DNA of 64,000 bases from an uncultured Candidatus Rokubacteria bacterium (GCA_963708025.1 CAVPSB010000013.1:544001-608000); one strand, 5' to 3'; numbered from the stretch's first letter, positions 1 to 17,657 are shown. Notes: generated by a model from the sequence alone, not told the origin. Made by a program: numbers and translations.

Positions 1-691
1 GCGGCGCGAGGTCGCCGCCGCACGCCTGGAGGAAGAGGCACTCGGCGGTGGGGAGGGCCTGACGGATCCCGTCGCGCAGCGCATGGGGGAAGTCGGCGTT
101 CCAGCTCAGGGTCTGGCCGCCGACGCAGGTGCCGTGGCAAGCGAAGGCGACGACCACTGCCACCGGCCCGCGCGCGCCGTCCACCCGCAGCACGGTGACC
201 GCGTCGTCCACGGGCCGCTCCCGGTCGACGCGGTTGACCGAGATGCCGGGAGCCCGCCCGACGGCGCTCCCGACCGCCACCGGCTCCAGGCGCGCGCTCG
301 CCCCGTAGATGGCCCCGGCGATCCGCTCGGGGAGCGTCGCGGCGTAGCGCTCGTAGCCGCCCATCGGGACCAGGGCCTCGACGCTGCCGGTGTCCACGAG
401 CACCGGGGCGCTGTGGTTGTGGGAGGCGTTGAGGAGGACGGCCTCCGGGACGATGCCGGTCAGCTGGTGGGCACGCCGGCGGGTCGCGGTGGCCAGCTCC
501 CGCGTGATCCAGAGGAGATCGGTCGCGACGACGGCGACCCGGCGCGCGCCGTCGTCGAGGACGACGGCCTGGGCGAGGAGCGGCTCCGCGACCGCGTCGG
601 CCCGGCCGGTGCGGAGCCGCCAGGCGCCCGGCTCCAGGCCGAGCGGCGGGGTGACGTCGACCGCGCACACTCCGCCGCGCAGCCGGCCCAC
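1..691 (-). CDS. Neutral/alkaline ceramidase-like N-terminal domain protein (3' end runs off the window)
   Basis: Own translation from GTG at 691: VGRLRGGVCAVDVTPP...VLLNASHNHSAP...FACHGTC...LFLQACGGDLAP. These match the SHTHSGP and CHxT motifs of the family. Confidence 0.75.
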   Translation of the reverse strand, partial: MGRLRGGVCAVDVTPPLGLEPGAWRLRTGRADAVAEPLLAQAVVLDDGARRVAVVATDLLWITRELATATRRRAHQLTGIVPEAVLLNASHNHSAPVLVDTGSVEALVPMGGYERYAATLPERIAGAIYGASARLEPVAVGSAVGRAPGISVNRVDRERPVDDAVTVLRVDGARGPVAVVVAFACHGTCVGGQTLSWNADFPHALRDGIRQALPTAECLFLQACGGDLAP

Positions 692-945
692 GCGCCTACT
701 CTCTCGAGCGATGCCCGCCTACCACGGCCACGTACCGGGCCGAGGCGCGGGCGCCGGCAAGACGAGCGAAACGTCTCACGGGCGGTTCGACATGACGAAT
801 CGGCTCCCCTTACGACCTCGGCGGCGCGTCGCCACCGGCCAAGCCGCCGCCGACCGGTGCACGTGTCCGAACAGCGGACCGCATGATACCCCACCGCGGC
901 GGTCGAGCTCATCAGGGCTCTGGCGGTCCGGGTTCCGCGGAAGGA

Positions 946-978
946 CCCGCGCCGGTCGGCGATGCCGGCCGGCGCGGG
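946..978 (-). terminator. GC-rich hairpin downstream of the 1006-1551 gene
   Basis: cccgcgccggtcggc-gat-gccggccggcgcggg, a 15-bp stem with one mismatch; no clear U tract. Confidence 0.4.
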
Positions 979-1005
979 AATCTCCGCGCCGCAGTCAGCG
1001 CAGGA

Positions 1006-1551
1006 TCAGTTGTCCTGCTCGATGAACGGCAGGATGATCGCGGCCTGCCCCGGGCCGCCGTTGATCTGGAAAGTCGCCATGGGCCGCGGGATGCGTCCCT
1101 GCTGGCCGCGCGGCGTCAGGAGCCCGATCAGGATGGCGATGATTCCCTGTGAGTCTCCGAAGACGATGGTGTTGCTCGTGCCGTCCGTGATGCTCAGCGC
1201 CTTGCCGTCGTAGGTCGCCTCGACGACGACCTCGAAGAAGGCGCCCGCCTGAGGCGGCGTCTCGATGTCCACCTGCCCCAGTTCCTCGCCCCCGTCGCCG
1301 AAGTAGGTCAGCCTCACGACCCCGCGCTGAACGGCCGGCAGCCACAGCCGCGCGAGCGCGGAGCCACCGGGTGCCAGCTGCACGGGGCCGGCCACCCAGG
1401 AGACGCCGACGTCGCGCACCTGGTTGACGCCGATGCCTTGCGCTGCCTCGGCGACCGTCGGGCCCACCGCCAGGCTCGACAACAACGTCACGAGCGTGAA
1501 GCGCCGGGTGAGAGTCCCGAGCTCGCCGCCTGTCAGCATGCGTCCTTCCAC
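1006..1551 (-). CDS. Hypothetical secreted protein
   Basis: AAAGGAG RBS before GTG at 1551. The N-terminus TRRFTLVTLLSSLAVGPTVAEA resembles a signal peptide. No family recognised. Confidence 0.6.
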   Translation of the reverse strand: MEGRMLTGGELGTLTRRFTLVTLLSSLAVGPTVAEAAQGIGVNQVRDVGVSWVAGPVQLAPGGSALARLWLPAVQRGVVRLTYFGDGGEELGQVDIETPPQAGAFFEVVVEATYDGKALSITDGTSNTIVFGDSQGIIAILIGLLTPRGQQGRIPRPMATFQINGGPGQAAIILPFIEQDN

Positions 1552-1642
1552 GTGTCGGCTCCTTTCGAGTTGTGGGGACCGCCTGAGCCCCGTTCCGGCA
1601 GTCCGACCGCGCCAGCCCACCCCAGGGCACCCGGACTCGATG

Positions 1643-1658
1643 TGCACGGAGGGTGCCA
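1643..1658 (-). promoter_or_regulatory. Putative sigma-54 (-24/-12) promoter
   Basis: Minus strand reads TGGCAC-CCTCC-GTGCA versus consensus TGGCAC-N5-TTGCW, about 90 bp upstream of the 1551 start. Confidence 0.55.
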
Positions 1659-1784
1659 GAGGGAACCACTTCGGGAATGCGCGCTTGCACGACAGGGAGC
1701 GCCACCGGTGGTGGTGGCCTTCGTCGGTCCACCACGGTTGGGCGCGGTTGCGCCGTGGCCGGCCGCCAGCCTATAGTGCGGCGC

Positions 1785-3059
1785 GTGGCCGCGCCCCCGC
1801 CGGACCTCACCCTGAAGGTCGGGACCCTGATCGACGGCCGGGGCGGCCCCCCGGTCCGCGACGCGGTCGTGCGGATCGAGCACGGCCGGATCGCCTCGCT
1901 CGGCCCCGGGGCCGGACCGCCCGGGCCCAGCCTCGACTTCCCGGGCCACTTCCTGCTGCCGGGGCTCGTGGACGTCCACGCCCATCCCACGTTCCCCGCG
2001 GACCGGCGAGACCTGGAGGCCTGCCTCGCCGAGCCGGACGAGATGCTCGCCCTCACCGCCGTGCGCCAGCTCACCCGTCACCTCGACTCCGGCGTCACGA
2101 CGGTCCGCGACTGCGGCGCCCGGGGCCGCACGATGTTCGTCGTCCGCGAGGCGCTGGGCCGCGGCTACTTCGTGGGGCCGCGTCTCCAGCTCGCCGGCCG
2201 ACCGATCACCCACGGCCGGGGGCACCTCCACGGCTGCGGCAGCGTCGCCGACACGCTGGAGGAGATCCGCCGCGAGGTCCGGGGTCTCGTCGCCGAGGGC
2301 GCCGATGTGATCAAGGTCGTCGCCTCCGGCGGGGGGACCCGCGGTGGCATCCCCTACCTGGCGTCCTACACCGTCGAGGAGCTGCGGATGGCGGTGGACA
2401 GCGCCCATGCCCTGGAGCGGCGGACCGTCGCCCATGCCCGCGCCACCCAGTCCATCGAGAACTGCGTCGCCGCCAGCATCGACGCCATCGCCCACGTGGA
2501 GTTCCTGGCGCCCGGCGAGGTCGTGGACATGGGCGGCGCCGGGGCGCCGACCGGGCTGCCCCGCTTCGACCGGCGCGTCGCCGAGAAGCTGGCGTCGTCC
2601 GCGGCCTACCTCGACCTCAACCCGCAGTCGAGCGGCTGGGACACCGTGCTGCTGCTCCGCGCCAAGGCGGGCACGGAGGGCCTAGCCCCTGCCGAGCAGC
2701 GCCAGCTCGACAACCTGGAGCGCTACTTCGACCACTTCCTGCCGGTGATCGGCGCGCTGCGCGAGCTGGGGCTGGCGCATCGCATGGCCTTCGGGAGCGA
2801 CGCCGGCCCGTTCGACACCGAGTTCGGGCACCTCGAGTACAACGTTCACCTCGCGCGGCTCGCGGGCCTCAGCCCGATGGAGTCGATCCAGGCCGTGACC
2901 CGCAACGCCGCCCGGCTCCTCGGGCTCGAGGCGCACGTCGGCACCGTCGAGCCCGGGAAGGACGCCGACCTCCTGGTGCTCGCCGCCGACCCGCTCGCAG
3001 ACGCCGCGAACCTCACCCGCGTCGCCGCCGTCTTCAAGAGCGGCGTGCGGGTGCGCTGA
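1785..3059 (+). CDS. Amidohydrolase family protein (Xaa-Pro dipeptidase/imidazolonepropionase-like)
   Basis: PGLVDVHAH, GVTTVRDCG, GADVIKV, FGSDAG and GKDADLLVL motifs. GTG lies 7 nt after TATAGT. Confidence 0.9.
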   Translation: MAAPPPDLTLKVGTLIDGRGGPPVRDAVVRIEHGRIASLGPGAGPPGPSLDFPGHFLLPGLVDVHAHPTFPADRRDLEACLAEPDEMLALTAVRQLTRHLDSGVTTVRDCGARGRTMFVVREALGRGYFVGPRLQLAGRPITHGRGHLHGCGSVADTLEEIRREVRGLVAEGADVIKVVASGGGTRGGIPYLASYTVEELRMAVDSAHALERRTVAHARATQSIENCVAASIDAIAHVEFLAPGEVVDMGGAGAPTGLPRFDRRVAEKLASSAAYLDLNPQSSGWDTVLLLRAKAGTEGLAPAEQRQLDNLERYFDHFLPVIGALRELGLAHRMAFGSDAGPFDTEFGHLEYNVHLARLAGLSPMESIQAVTRNAARLLGLEAHVGTVEPGKDADLLVLAADPLADAANLTRVAAVFKSGVRVR

Positions 3060-3129
3060 CTACCACGGCGGGCGCTTGCGGCGGCTTCGGCCAGATCAGC
3101 CGGTCGTGTCTCGGCTTCAGCCGTCGCGT

Positions 3130-4203
3130 TCAGGGAACGTCGGCGCGCTGAGGGCCCTGTACTCCACGATCCCCTGCCGCCCGGCGAGCAGGCACCGGGC
3201 CACCTGATCCAGCTCGGACCGAGATTGACCGTCGCCTTCGTAGGGGTTGCGATAGCCACAGCGGTCCAGGGCGTCGGGCTTCACGGTCAGGCGCTGGAGC
3301 TCGGAAGACGCTGTTCATCGACAGCCACCGGCCGTCGAACACGAGCCCGATCTCCACGCCATCTTTCTTCGCGCCGATGTGAAGATGCGGCTCCAGCGAA
3401 TAGCCCGAGTTGCCGACCTTGCCGAGCGCCTGTCCCACCGCGACGGTCGTCCCGACCGCAACCGCCGCGCTGCCGCGCATCAAGTGGGCGATGAAGACTT
3501 CCACCTCGCCGCACTTCACCGTGACGTAGTTGGGGTCATGTTCCGTATCGGGGGATCCGGGCGGGTTGTCGGGCCGATCGTCTCGAACGGCCACGGTCGT
3601 GCCGGCGCACGGACTGTATACCGTCTCGCCGAAGATCGCGTAGTCGGAGAGCGAGCCGGGCGCCACGCCATTCGCTCGATTTCCGGAGTCATTCAGCCGC
3701 ACGATGTCCAGCGCGAGCCTCGTTCCGCTCATTGCGTGGAACGGGTTGGCGATGGCACTGTTTCCGCCTTGAAGCACGTAGTAAGCGCCCGACGCCAGTG
3801 GAAACGACACCGGGATCGATTCGCGCGGCGTGAAATGCGACGTCGCTGCCCACACATTCAGGGTCGCGAACAGAACGAGAAGCGCGGCCGAAGCACCGAC
3901 CCGTTCGGTGGCCGGTTCTCGGCCCCCGGTGGCGAGCCGCACTCTCGAGCGTCGACAGGAATGCGCGGCGGCGAGAGCGAACGCGCCGAGCAATGCATAG
4001 CGCAGATAGACGCTCGTGAAAGACCAGCTGCCAGCCTGGAACGCGAAGGCCACGATGCTCGCGCCGAGCGCGATCTCGATGGCCCAGTTGGACCTCTTCC
4101 CCGGCCGCGCCGTCAGCGCCCGGAACAGACCGGCGCCGCCGAGGCAGAGGGGATACAGCGCGAATGCGATCTGAACCAGCACGCTGGCGACCCTTCCCGC
4201 CAA
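3130..4203 (-). CDS. M23 family metallopeptidase with N-terminal membrane segments
   Basis: ALDIV, VYSPCAG, FIAHLMRGS and VGNSGYSLEPHLHIG (HxH) motifs; hydrophobic N-terminus. Confidence 0.85.
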   Translation of the reverse strand: MAGRVASVLVQIAFALYPLCLGGAGLFRALTARPGKRSNWAIEIALGASIVAFAFQAGSWSFTSVYLRYALLGAFALAAAHSCRRSRVRLATGGREPATERVGASAALLVLFATLNVWAATSHFTPRESIPVSFPLASGAYYVLQGGNSAIANPFHAMSGTRLALDIVRLNDSGNRANGVAPGSLSDYAIFGETVYSPCAGTTVAVRDDRPDNPPGSPDTEHDPNYVTVKCGEVEVFIAHLMRGSAAVAVGTTVAVGQALGKVGNSGYSLEPHLHIGAKKDGVEIGLVFDGRWLSMNSVFRAPAPDREARRPGPLWLSQPLRRRRSISVRAGSGGPVPARRAAGDRGVQGPQRADVP

Positions 4204-4221
4204 CCCTGACGGATCCCTCGG

Positions 4222-5136
4222 TCAGCGTCCTCCGTACGGGTGCTGCGCGTTCCAGTGGCGGGCGATGTCGATCCGCCGGCAGACCCACACGTCCGGGCGT
4301 GCCTGGACGTGGTCCAGGAAGCGCTGAAGGGCGGCGAAGCGGCCGGGGCGCCCCACCAGGCGGAGGTGGAGGCCGACCGACATCATCCGCGGGGTCCGCG
4401 CGCCCTCCGCGTAGAGCACGTCGAAGGCATCGCGGAGGTAGGCGAAGAACTGGTCCCCGCTGTTGAAGCCCTGGTAGCCCCCGAACTTCATGTCGTTGTT
4501 GTCCAGGGTGTAGGGCACGACCAGGTGCGGCCGGCCGGACTCGACGACCCAGTAGGGCAGATCGTCGTTGTAGGCGTCGGCGTCGTAGAGGAAGCCGCCC
4601 TCCTCCACCACGAGGCGCCGGGTGTTCGGGCTCAGCCGACCCGTGTACCAGCCGAGCGGACGGCTCCCCGTCAGCCGGGTCAGGGTGTTGACGGCGAGCC
4701 GGATGTGCTCCCGCTCGACGGCGGGGTCGACGAACTGGTAGTCGATCCAGCGCCAGCCGTGGCTCACGACCTCGTGGCCGGCCTCGACGATCGCCCGGGC
4801 GGCGTCCGGGTGCCGCTCGAGCGCCATGGCGACCGCGAACACGCTGATCGGGATTCGCCGCTCGGCGAAGAGCCGCAGGAGCCGCCAGAGGCCCACGCGC
4901 GGGCCGTACTCGTAGATCGACTCCATCTGGACGTTGCGCACCCCGGCCAGCGGCGCCATGCCGACGACCTCCCCCAGGAACGCCTCGGACTGCTCGTCGC
5001 CGTGGAGGATCGAGCGCTCGCCGCCCTCCTCGTAGTTCAGGACGATCTGGAGCGCGAGCCGGGCCCCGCCCGGCCAGCCCGCGTGGGGCGGTCGCGGTCC
5101 GTAGCCGACCAGGTCGCGGGGATAGCCCGGGCTCAC
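4222..5136 (-). CDS. puuE: Allantoinase PuuE (polysaccharide deacetylase fold)
   Basis: YPRDLVGYG, LNYEEGGE, ESIYEYG, SHGWRWIDYQ, GWYTGR, YTLDNNDMKF and MMSVGLH motifs. Confidence 0.88.
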   Translation of the reverse strand: MSPGYPRDLVGYGPRPPHAGWPGGARLALQIVLNYEEGGERSILHGDEQSEAFLGEVVGMAPLAGVRNVQMESIYEYGPRVGLWRLLRLFAERRIPISVFAVAMALERHPDAARAIVEAGHEVVSHGWRWIDYQFVDPAVEREHIRLAVNTLTRLTGSRPLGWYTGRLSPNTRRLVVEEGGFLYDADAYNDDLPYWVVESGRPHLVVPYTLDNNDMKFGGYQGFNSGDQFFAYLRDAFDVLYAEGARTPRMMSVGLHLRLVGRPGRFAALQRFLDHVQARPDVWVCRRIDIARHWNAQHPYGGR

Positions 5137-6038
5137 GGGTCCAGCCCGTGCAGCACGCGCCAGTGGCGGGCGATGGCGTCCCGCCGGGCCACCCACACCC
5201 ACCCGCGCGCGCGGATGTGCTCGAGGATCTGCTCGAGAGCGGCGATCCGGCCCGGCCGGCCGACGATCCGGAGGTGGAGCCCGATCGACATCAGCTTCGG
5301 TGCGGTCTCCCCTTCCCGCCAGAGCCAGTCGAAGGCGTCGGTCACGTAGGTGGCGAAGTCGCGGGCCAGCGTGAAGCCGCCGCCGGCCTGGAAGCGCATG
5401 TCGTTGGTATCGAAGCTGTAGGGGACCACGACGTGGGCGCGGCCGGCGACGTCGGTCAGGTAGGGCAGGTCGTCGTCGTAGGCGTCGGAGTCGTAGCGGA
5501 AGCCCCCTTCCTCCACCAGGAGCCGGCGCGTGTTCACGCTCGACACCGACCGGGTGTGCCAGCCGACGGGGCGCACGCCGGCGACGCGCGTGATGGTCTC
5601 GACCGAGCGGGCGATCACCGCGCGCTCGACCTCCTCGGGCATGCCGGCGTGCGACTCCCAGCGGTAGCCGTGGCACGCGATCTCGTGGCCGCGCGCGAGG
5701 GCGTCCTGCGCCAGCCAGGGCGAGCGCTCGAGGGCCCGGGCGCACGCGCTCACGGTCGCCGGCACCCCGAAGCGAGCGAGGAGCGCCATGATCCGCCAGT
5801 ACCCGGCCCGCGTCCCGTACTCGAAGTGGGACTCCATGCAGGGATCGACGGCGCCGACCACCTCGTTGACGACCTCGTACCGGCCCTCGTTCCGCTCGTC
5901 GCCCGCCGACAGCGCGAGCTCCGCCCCCTCCTCGACGTTGACCACCACCGACACCGCCACCCGCGCGTCGCCGGGCCAGCGGGGGTGGGGCGGCGCCCCC
6001 CCGTATCCGCGGAAGTCCCGCGCCCGGCCAGCGGTCAT
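5133..6038 (-). CDS. PuuE-like polysaccharide deacetylase family protein (divergent paralog)
   Basis: RDFRGYG, VNVEEGAE, ESHFEYG, CHGYRW, YSFDTNDMRF and LMSIGLH motifs; overlaps puuE by 4 nt. Confidence 0.85.
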   Translation of the reverse strand: MTAGRARDFRGYGGAPPHPRWPGDARVAVSVVVNVEEGAELALSAGDERNEGRYEVVNEVVGAVDPCMESHFEYGTRAGYWRIMALLARFGVPATVSACARALERSPWLAQDALARGHEIACHGYRWESHAGMPEEVERAVIARSVETITRVAGVRPVGWHTRSVSSVNTRRLLVEEGGFRYDSDAYDDDLPYLTDVAGRAHVVVPYSFDTNDMRFQAGGGFTLARDFATYVTDAFDWLWREGETAPKLMSIGLHLRIVGRPGRIAALEQILEHIRARGWVWVARRDAIARHWRVLHGLDP

Positions 6039-6985
6039 GGGTGAGCCTCGAGGCGCCGCTGCGCCTCCGCCGGCGACAGCGCGAGCGCGGCCGGCGCGCC
6101 CGCGCACTCGACGACCATGGCGGCGGCCACCACCGCCCGCCGGCCGGCCTCGCGCGGGTCGAGGCCGAGGGCGCGGGCCGCCGTGTAGGCGCCGCAGAAG
6201 GCGTCGCCGGCCCCGGTCAGGTTGACCACCGCCGCCGGGAGCGCCCGGATCGCCTCGGGCGGCTCGCCCCCGGGGCCGCTCACGAGGCAGCCCTCGGCGC
6301 CGAGCTTGAGGCCGACCTCCGCGAAGCCGGCCGCGCGGAGCCGCGTGACGAGGGCCGACCAGTCGCCGTCCGCCCCGAGGTGCTCGACCTCGGCCCGGCT
6401 CGGCAGGAAGGCGCTCGCCCCCGCCAGCAGCCGGCCCAGGCCGCGCTCGTCGAGCCCCCGGGCATAGTGGGGTGACGGGTTGACGGACAGGAACCCGGCG
6501 CGCTCCCGGAGCCGCTCGATGCTCCGACGGTGCCGCTCCGCGACCTGGGGGGCGAGGTGGACCGCCCGTGCCGGCAGCCATGCCGCCGGGACGTCCTCGG
6601 CCGCGGGGCTGAGGGCCTCGAGCCGCGCGAGATACCGAGCGCGGAGCTCCGCCGCGTCCGCCGCCGGGTCACGCAGCGCCGGGTCGCGCGGCAGGCTCCG
6701 CCGGCTGCCGTCCGGCTCGTAGAGCATCCACTCCACCAGGTGCTCCGATTCGACGGGAACGAGCCCGTCCACGGCCAGCCCGGCTCCCTCGAGCAGCGCC
6801 GCCACGTCCACGGGCAGCCCCCGTCCGACCCGGGTCACGACGCCGATCCGAGCCGGGTCGTACCAGAGTCGCGCCCCTGCGGCGGCGTACAGCGCGTTGC
6901 CGCCAACCGCCGCCCGCCAGGGGCCGGGCGTGGCGGGCACGACGTGGTCCACGGTCACCTGCCCCAGGACCAGGAGGTCCGCCAC
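6035..6985 (-). CDS. PfkB family carbohydrate kinase
   Basis: GGNALYAAAG N-terminal motif and NLTGAGDAFCG C-terminal PfkB signature. Confidence 0.88.
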   Translation of the reverse strand: MADLLVLGQVTVDHVVPATPGPWRAAVGGNALYAAAGARLWYDPARIGVVTRVGRGLPVDVAALLEGAGLAVDGLVPVESEHLVEWMLYEPDGSRRSLPRDPALRDPAADAAELRARYLARLEALSPAAEDVPAAWLPARAVHLAPQVAERHRRSIERLRERAGFLSVNPSPHYARGLDERGLGRLLAGASAFLPSRAEVEHLGADGDWSALVTRLRAAGFAEVGLKLGAEGCLVSGPGGEPPEAIRALPAAVVNLTGAGDAFCGAYTAARALGLDPREAGRRAVVAAAMVVECAGAPAALALSPAEAQRRLEAHP

Positions 6986-6991
6986 CCGGCG

Positions 6992-7045
6992 CTACCGCCC
7001 GAGCTCCTCGAGGCCGATCGTCCGCGAGGCGATGGCGACCACGAC
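6992..7045 (-). pseudogene. C-terminal remnant of an ABC permease
   Basis: Encodes VVVAIASRTIGLEELGR*, nearly identical to the C-terminus (IVVVVASRTIGLEKLGR*) of the permease ending at 23687. Confidence 0.7.
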
Positions 7046-7125
7046 ACAGAACTATATGACACCTCGATCGCCGCGGGGGGCCGCAGTCGGGGCTTTTCTC
7101 CGCGCGCCTGTCCGCCTTCGCGAAG

Positions 7126-7134
7126 TGATAGAAT
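7126..7134 (+). promoter_or_regulatory. Extended -10 promoter element of the GAF kinase operon
   Basis: TGaTAGAAT about 30 bp upstream of ATG 7167; GGAGA lies before the start. Confidence 0.45.
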
Positions 7135-7166
7135 CGCCGCACCAGTCGCCTGCCGGAGAAACGTGC

Positions 7167-14342
<7,176 letters not shown>

Positions 14343-14346
<4 letters not shown>

Positions 14347-14708
14347 GCCGGCGGATCCTGGTGGTCGAGGACCACGAGGAGAACCGGCGCATCCTGCGCG
14401 TCCTCCTCACGAGCGCCGGCTTCGAGCTGATCGAGGCGGAGACCGGGGAGGACGGCGTGCGGCTCGCCGAGACCGAGCGCCCGGACCTGATCCTCATGGA
14501 CATCCAGCTCCCCGGCATCGACGGCTACGAGGCGACCCGCCGGATCAAGGCGAACCCGGCGCTCCGCCCCATCCCGCTCATCGTGGTGACCTCGTACGCG
14601 CTGAGCGGCGACGACGTGAAGGCCTTCGAGGCCGGCTGCGACGCCTACGTGACCAAGCCCTTCGTCCCCCGCCAGCTCCTGGCCAAGATCCGCGAGTACC
14701 TGCCGTAA
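14343..14708 (+). CDS. Single-domain response regulator (DivK/CheY-like)
   Basis: [27 protein letters not shown] and YVTKPF motifs; ATGA overlap with the kinase stop. Confidence 0.92.
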
Positions 14709-14729
14709 GGGACGCTCGAGGCGCGCCCC

Positions 14730-15874
14730 GTGCGAACGCCGCCGCGGATCCTCGTCGTGGACGACATGCCGGCCAACGTGCACATCCTCGAGCTCCGGCT
14801 GGCCGCCCAGGGCTACGAGGTCCTGACCGCGACCGACGGCGAGGCGGCGCTGGCCGCGGCCCGGGAGACGCAGCCGGACCTGATCCTCCTGGACGTCATG
14901 ATGCCCAAGGTGGACGGGCTCGAGGTCTGCCGGCGGCTCCGATCGGACCCGTCCTTCCCGTTCACGCCGATCATCATGGTCACCGCGAAGGCGGACCCGA
15001 AGGACGTCGTGGCGGGCCTCGAGGCGGGCGGGGACGAGTACCTGACGAAGCCCGTGGACCAGACCGCGCTGGTCGCCCGGGTCAAGTCGATGCTGCGGAT
15101 CAAGGAGCTCCACGACTCGGTGGAGGCGATGGCCGCGCAGCGCGCCGAGTGGAACCGGACGCTCGAGCAGCGCGTCGAGGCCCAGGTGGCCCAGCTCGAC
15201 CGGCTCGCGCGACTCAAGCGCTTCTTCTCCCCGCAGCTCGCCGAGCTGATCGTGGACGGGGGCGCCGGGGACCCCCTCCAGACGCACCGGCGGGAGGTGA
15301 CCGTCGTCTTCCTGGACCTGCGCGGCTTCACGGCGTTCGCCGAGACCGCCGAGCCGGAGGAGGTCATGGGCGTCCTCCGCGAGTACCACGCCGCGATGGG
15401 CGCCCTGATCCTCGCCCACGAGGGCACCCTGGAGCGCTTCGCCGGGGACGGCATGATGGTGTTCTTCAACGACCCGGTGCCGGTCCCGGACGCCGCCGGA
15501 GCGGGCGGTCCGGATGGCCGCTGGCGATGCGGGACCGGGTGGGCGAGCTGGGCGCCCGGTGGCGCAAGCGCGGCCACGAGCTCGACGTCGGGATCGGCAT
15601 CGCGCAGGGCTTCGCCACCATCGGCGCCATCGGCTTCGAGGGGCGCCTGGACTACGGCGCCGTCGGGACGGTCACCAACCTGGCCGCGCGCCTGTGCGGC
15701 GAGGCCAAGCCCGGCCAGATCCTGGTCTCCCAGCGCCTGCTGGGGGCCGTCGAGGCCCTGGCGGAGGCGGAGCCCGTCGGCGAGCTCGCGCTCAAGGGCT
15801 TCTCCAAGCCGGTGCCCGCCTTCAACGTTGTCGGGCTCACGACGCCGGAGGCGGGGGGCGTTGTCGGCACCTGA
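14730..15874 (+). CDS. Response regulator receiver fused to a class III adenylate/guanylate cyclase (frameshift near 15500-15525)
   Basis: Receiver ILVVDD...LLDVMMP, then [22 protein letters not shown] and (next frame) GIGIAQG...[16 protein letters not shown]. Confidence 0.88.
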
Positions 15875-15944
15875 GCCCGGGCCGAGCCGCCCTCGTCGAC
15901 CGGCGCGCCCGCGCGGCTCGTCTCATGCGCCTTCACCCGCTGTG

Positions 15945-16080
15945 CTATGCCGGCACCTTCTTCTGGGTCGATCGGAAGGAACAGCTGGTGGCCGTCTTCA
16001 TGGTGCAGTCGGGCTGCGCCCTGCGCCTGTACCATCGCACGCTCTTCCGGCAGCTCGTCTATCAGGCGATCGTCGACTGA
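15945..16080 (+). pseudogene. C-terminal remnant of a serine hydrolase (beta-lactamase family)
   Basis: YAGTFFWVDRKEQLVAVFMVQ...FRQLVYQAIVD* is the typical C-terminus of this family; the N-terminal part is absent. Confidence 0.65.
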
Positions 16081-16120
16081 GCGGGGCGCCTGAAGGTCAA
16101 GTGAGCGGCAGGCCGGCGGG

Positions 16121-17351
16121 GTGAGCGCCCGTCAGACCGGGGGCGAGACCAGAGTCGCAGTACCGCAGGCCGCCACGTTCGGCTTCGTGGCGCTGCTGTT
16201 CTGCCTGACCTCGCTGAACCAGTTCGCGATCAGCATCGTTCTCCCGGCGATGCCCGCCATGGCGGCGGCGCTCGGCGCGAGCGGCGATGCCGCCAAGGCG
16301 ACGCTGTCCGTCTACTTGATCGCCTACGCGGCCTCGATGCTCGTCCACGGTCCGCTCTCCGACCGCTTCGGACGGAGGCCGGTTCTTCTCGCCGGGACGA
16401 CGTTGTACTCCCTGGCGAGCTTCGGCTGCGCGCTCGCGCCGAGTATCGAGGTCATGCTCGCGTGGCGCATCGTGCAGGCCTTCGGCGCCGCGGCGGGCGT
16501 CGTGCTGGCGCGCGCGATCGTCCGCGACGCCATGGAGGGCGAAGCCCAGACCCGCACGAATGCCTATCTGAGCACGAGCCAGGGCATCTCGCCGGCGCTG
16601 GCCCCTTTCCTCGGCGGGCTGCTCGTGGAGTGGGGAGGTTGGACCTGGACGTTCCATCTCGTCGGCCTGGGCGGCGTCGGGCTGCTCATCGCTGCCTATC
16701 TCGGACTGGAAGAGACGAACCGCCACAAGCTTCAGCGCATCGACACGCGCTCGCTGGCCGCCAGCTACGCGGCGGTTCTTGGCAACCGCCTGTTCCTCGG
16801 GATCACCGCGGCGGGGGGCGCTCGGCGTGGCGCCCTACTATGCCTACTTCGCGGCCTCGCCGGAGCTGGTCATCGCGCGGCTCGGCCATTCCCCATCCAC
16901 CTATGGCGGCCACATGCTCGCCGTGGTTGGCGCCTTCATGGTCGGCAGCATGATCTGCGCCCGCCTCGCCGGCCGATGGAGCGAGCGGACTCTGCTCGTC
17001 GTCGGGGCCGCGGTCAGCGCCTTGGGGATCTGTTTCTTCTCGACGGTGGTCCCGTCAGGCGCACCGGCATTCACAGCGATCGTTACGGCCATGCTCGTCT
17101 ACACCTTCGGCCAGGGTTTCCTGTTTCCGACGGCCATCACCTGCGCGATCAGGCCGTTTCCGGAGAAGGCCGGCACGGCGTCGTCCGCCTATGGGGGCCT
17201 CGCCATGGCGACCGCTGCCCTGGGCTCGTTCGCGCCGGCGCTGGTCAGCCCGGATGTCATGGTCGGGCTCCCGGTGGTGATGGCGATCGGCATGGCGCTC
17301 TCGGTCGCCAGCCTCGCCCTCGTCGTTCTCCCCGCGATCCGCGCCGCGTAG
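16121..17351 (+). CDS. Bcr/CflA-type multidrug MFS transporter (frameshift near 16815)
   Basis: GPLSDRFGRRPVLL, RIVQAFG and ARAIVRD motifs; second half continues in the 16779-17351 frame (PFPEKAGTASS). Confidence 0.85.
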
Positions 17352-17657
17352 CCGAAGCCGCCAGACTCGCATCTGCGAGTCGTCGATTACCGCGATTGCG
17401 CCCTTGGGTCTGTGCCATGAGCAGTGACAGAAGAGTCTCACGTAGACCCGCAAGTAACCGCTCCGGCTTCCGGCCCGTCAGCTCGTCCAGGACGCTAGGG
17501 ATGTGGAGGCCAACGACAACAATTCTCGCTGATGCGCCCGGAGGGGGCGCCGGCGCCCGGATCGCCTGGACCGACCCCGGAGGTCAGCGTCCTCCGAACC
17601 GGTGGTGGGTGACAACCAGCTGCCACCCCGGCACGGACGGGCGGGCCGGCTGCGGCC

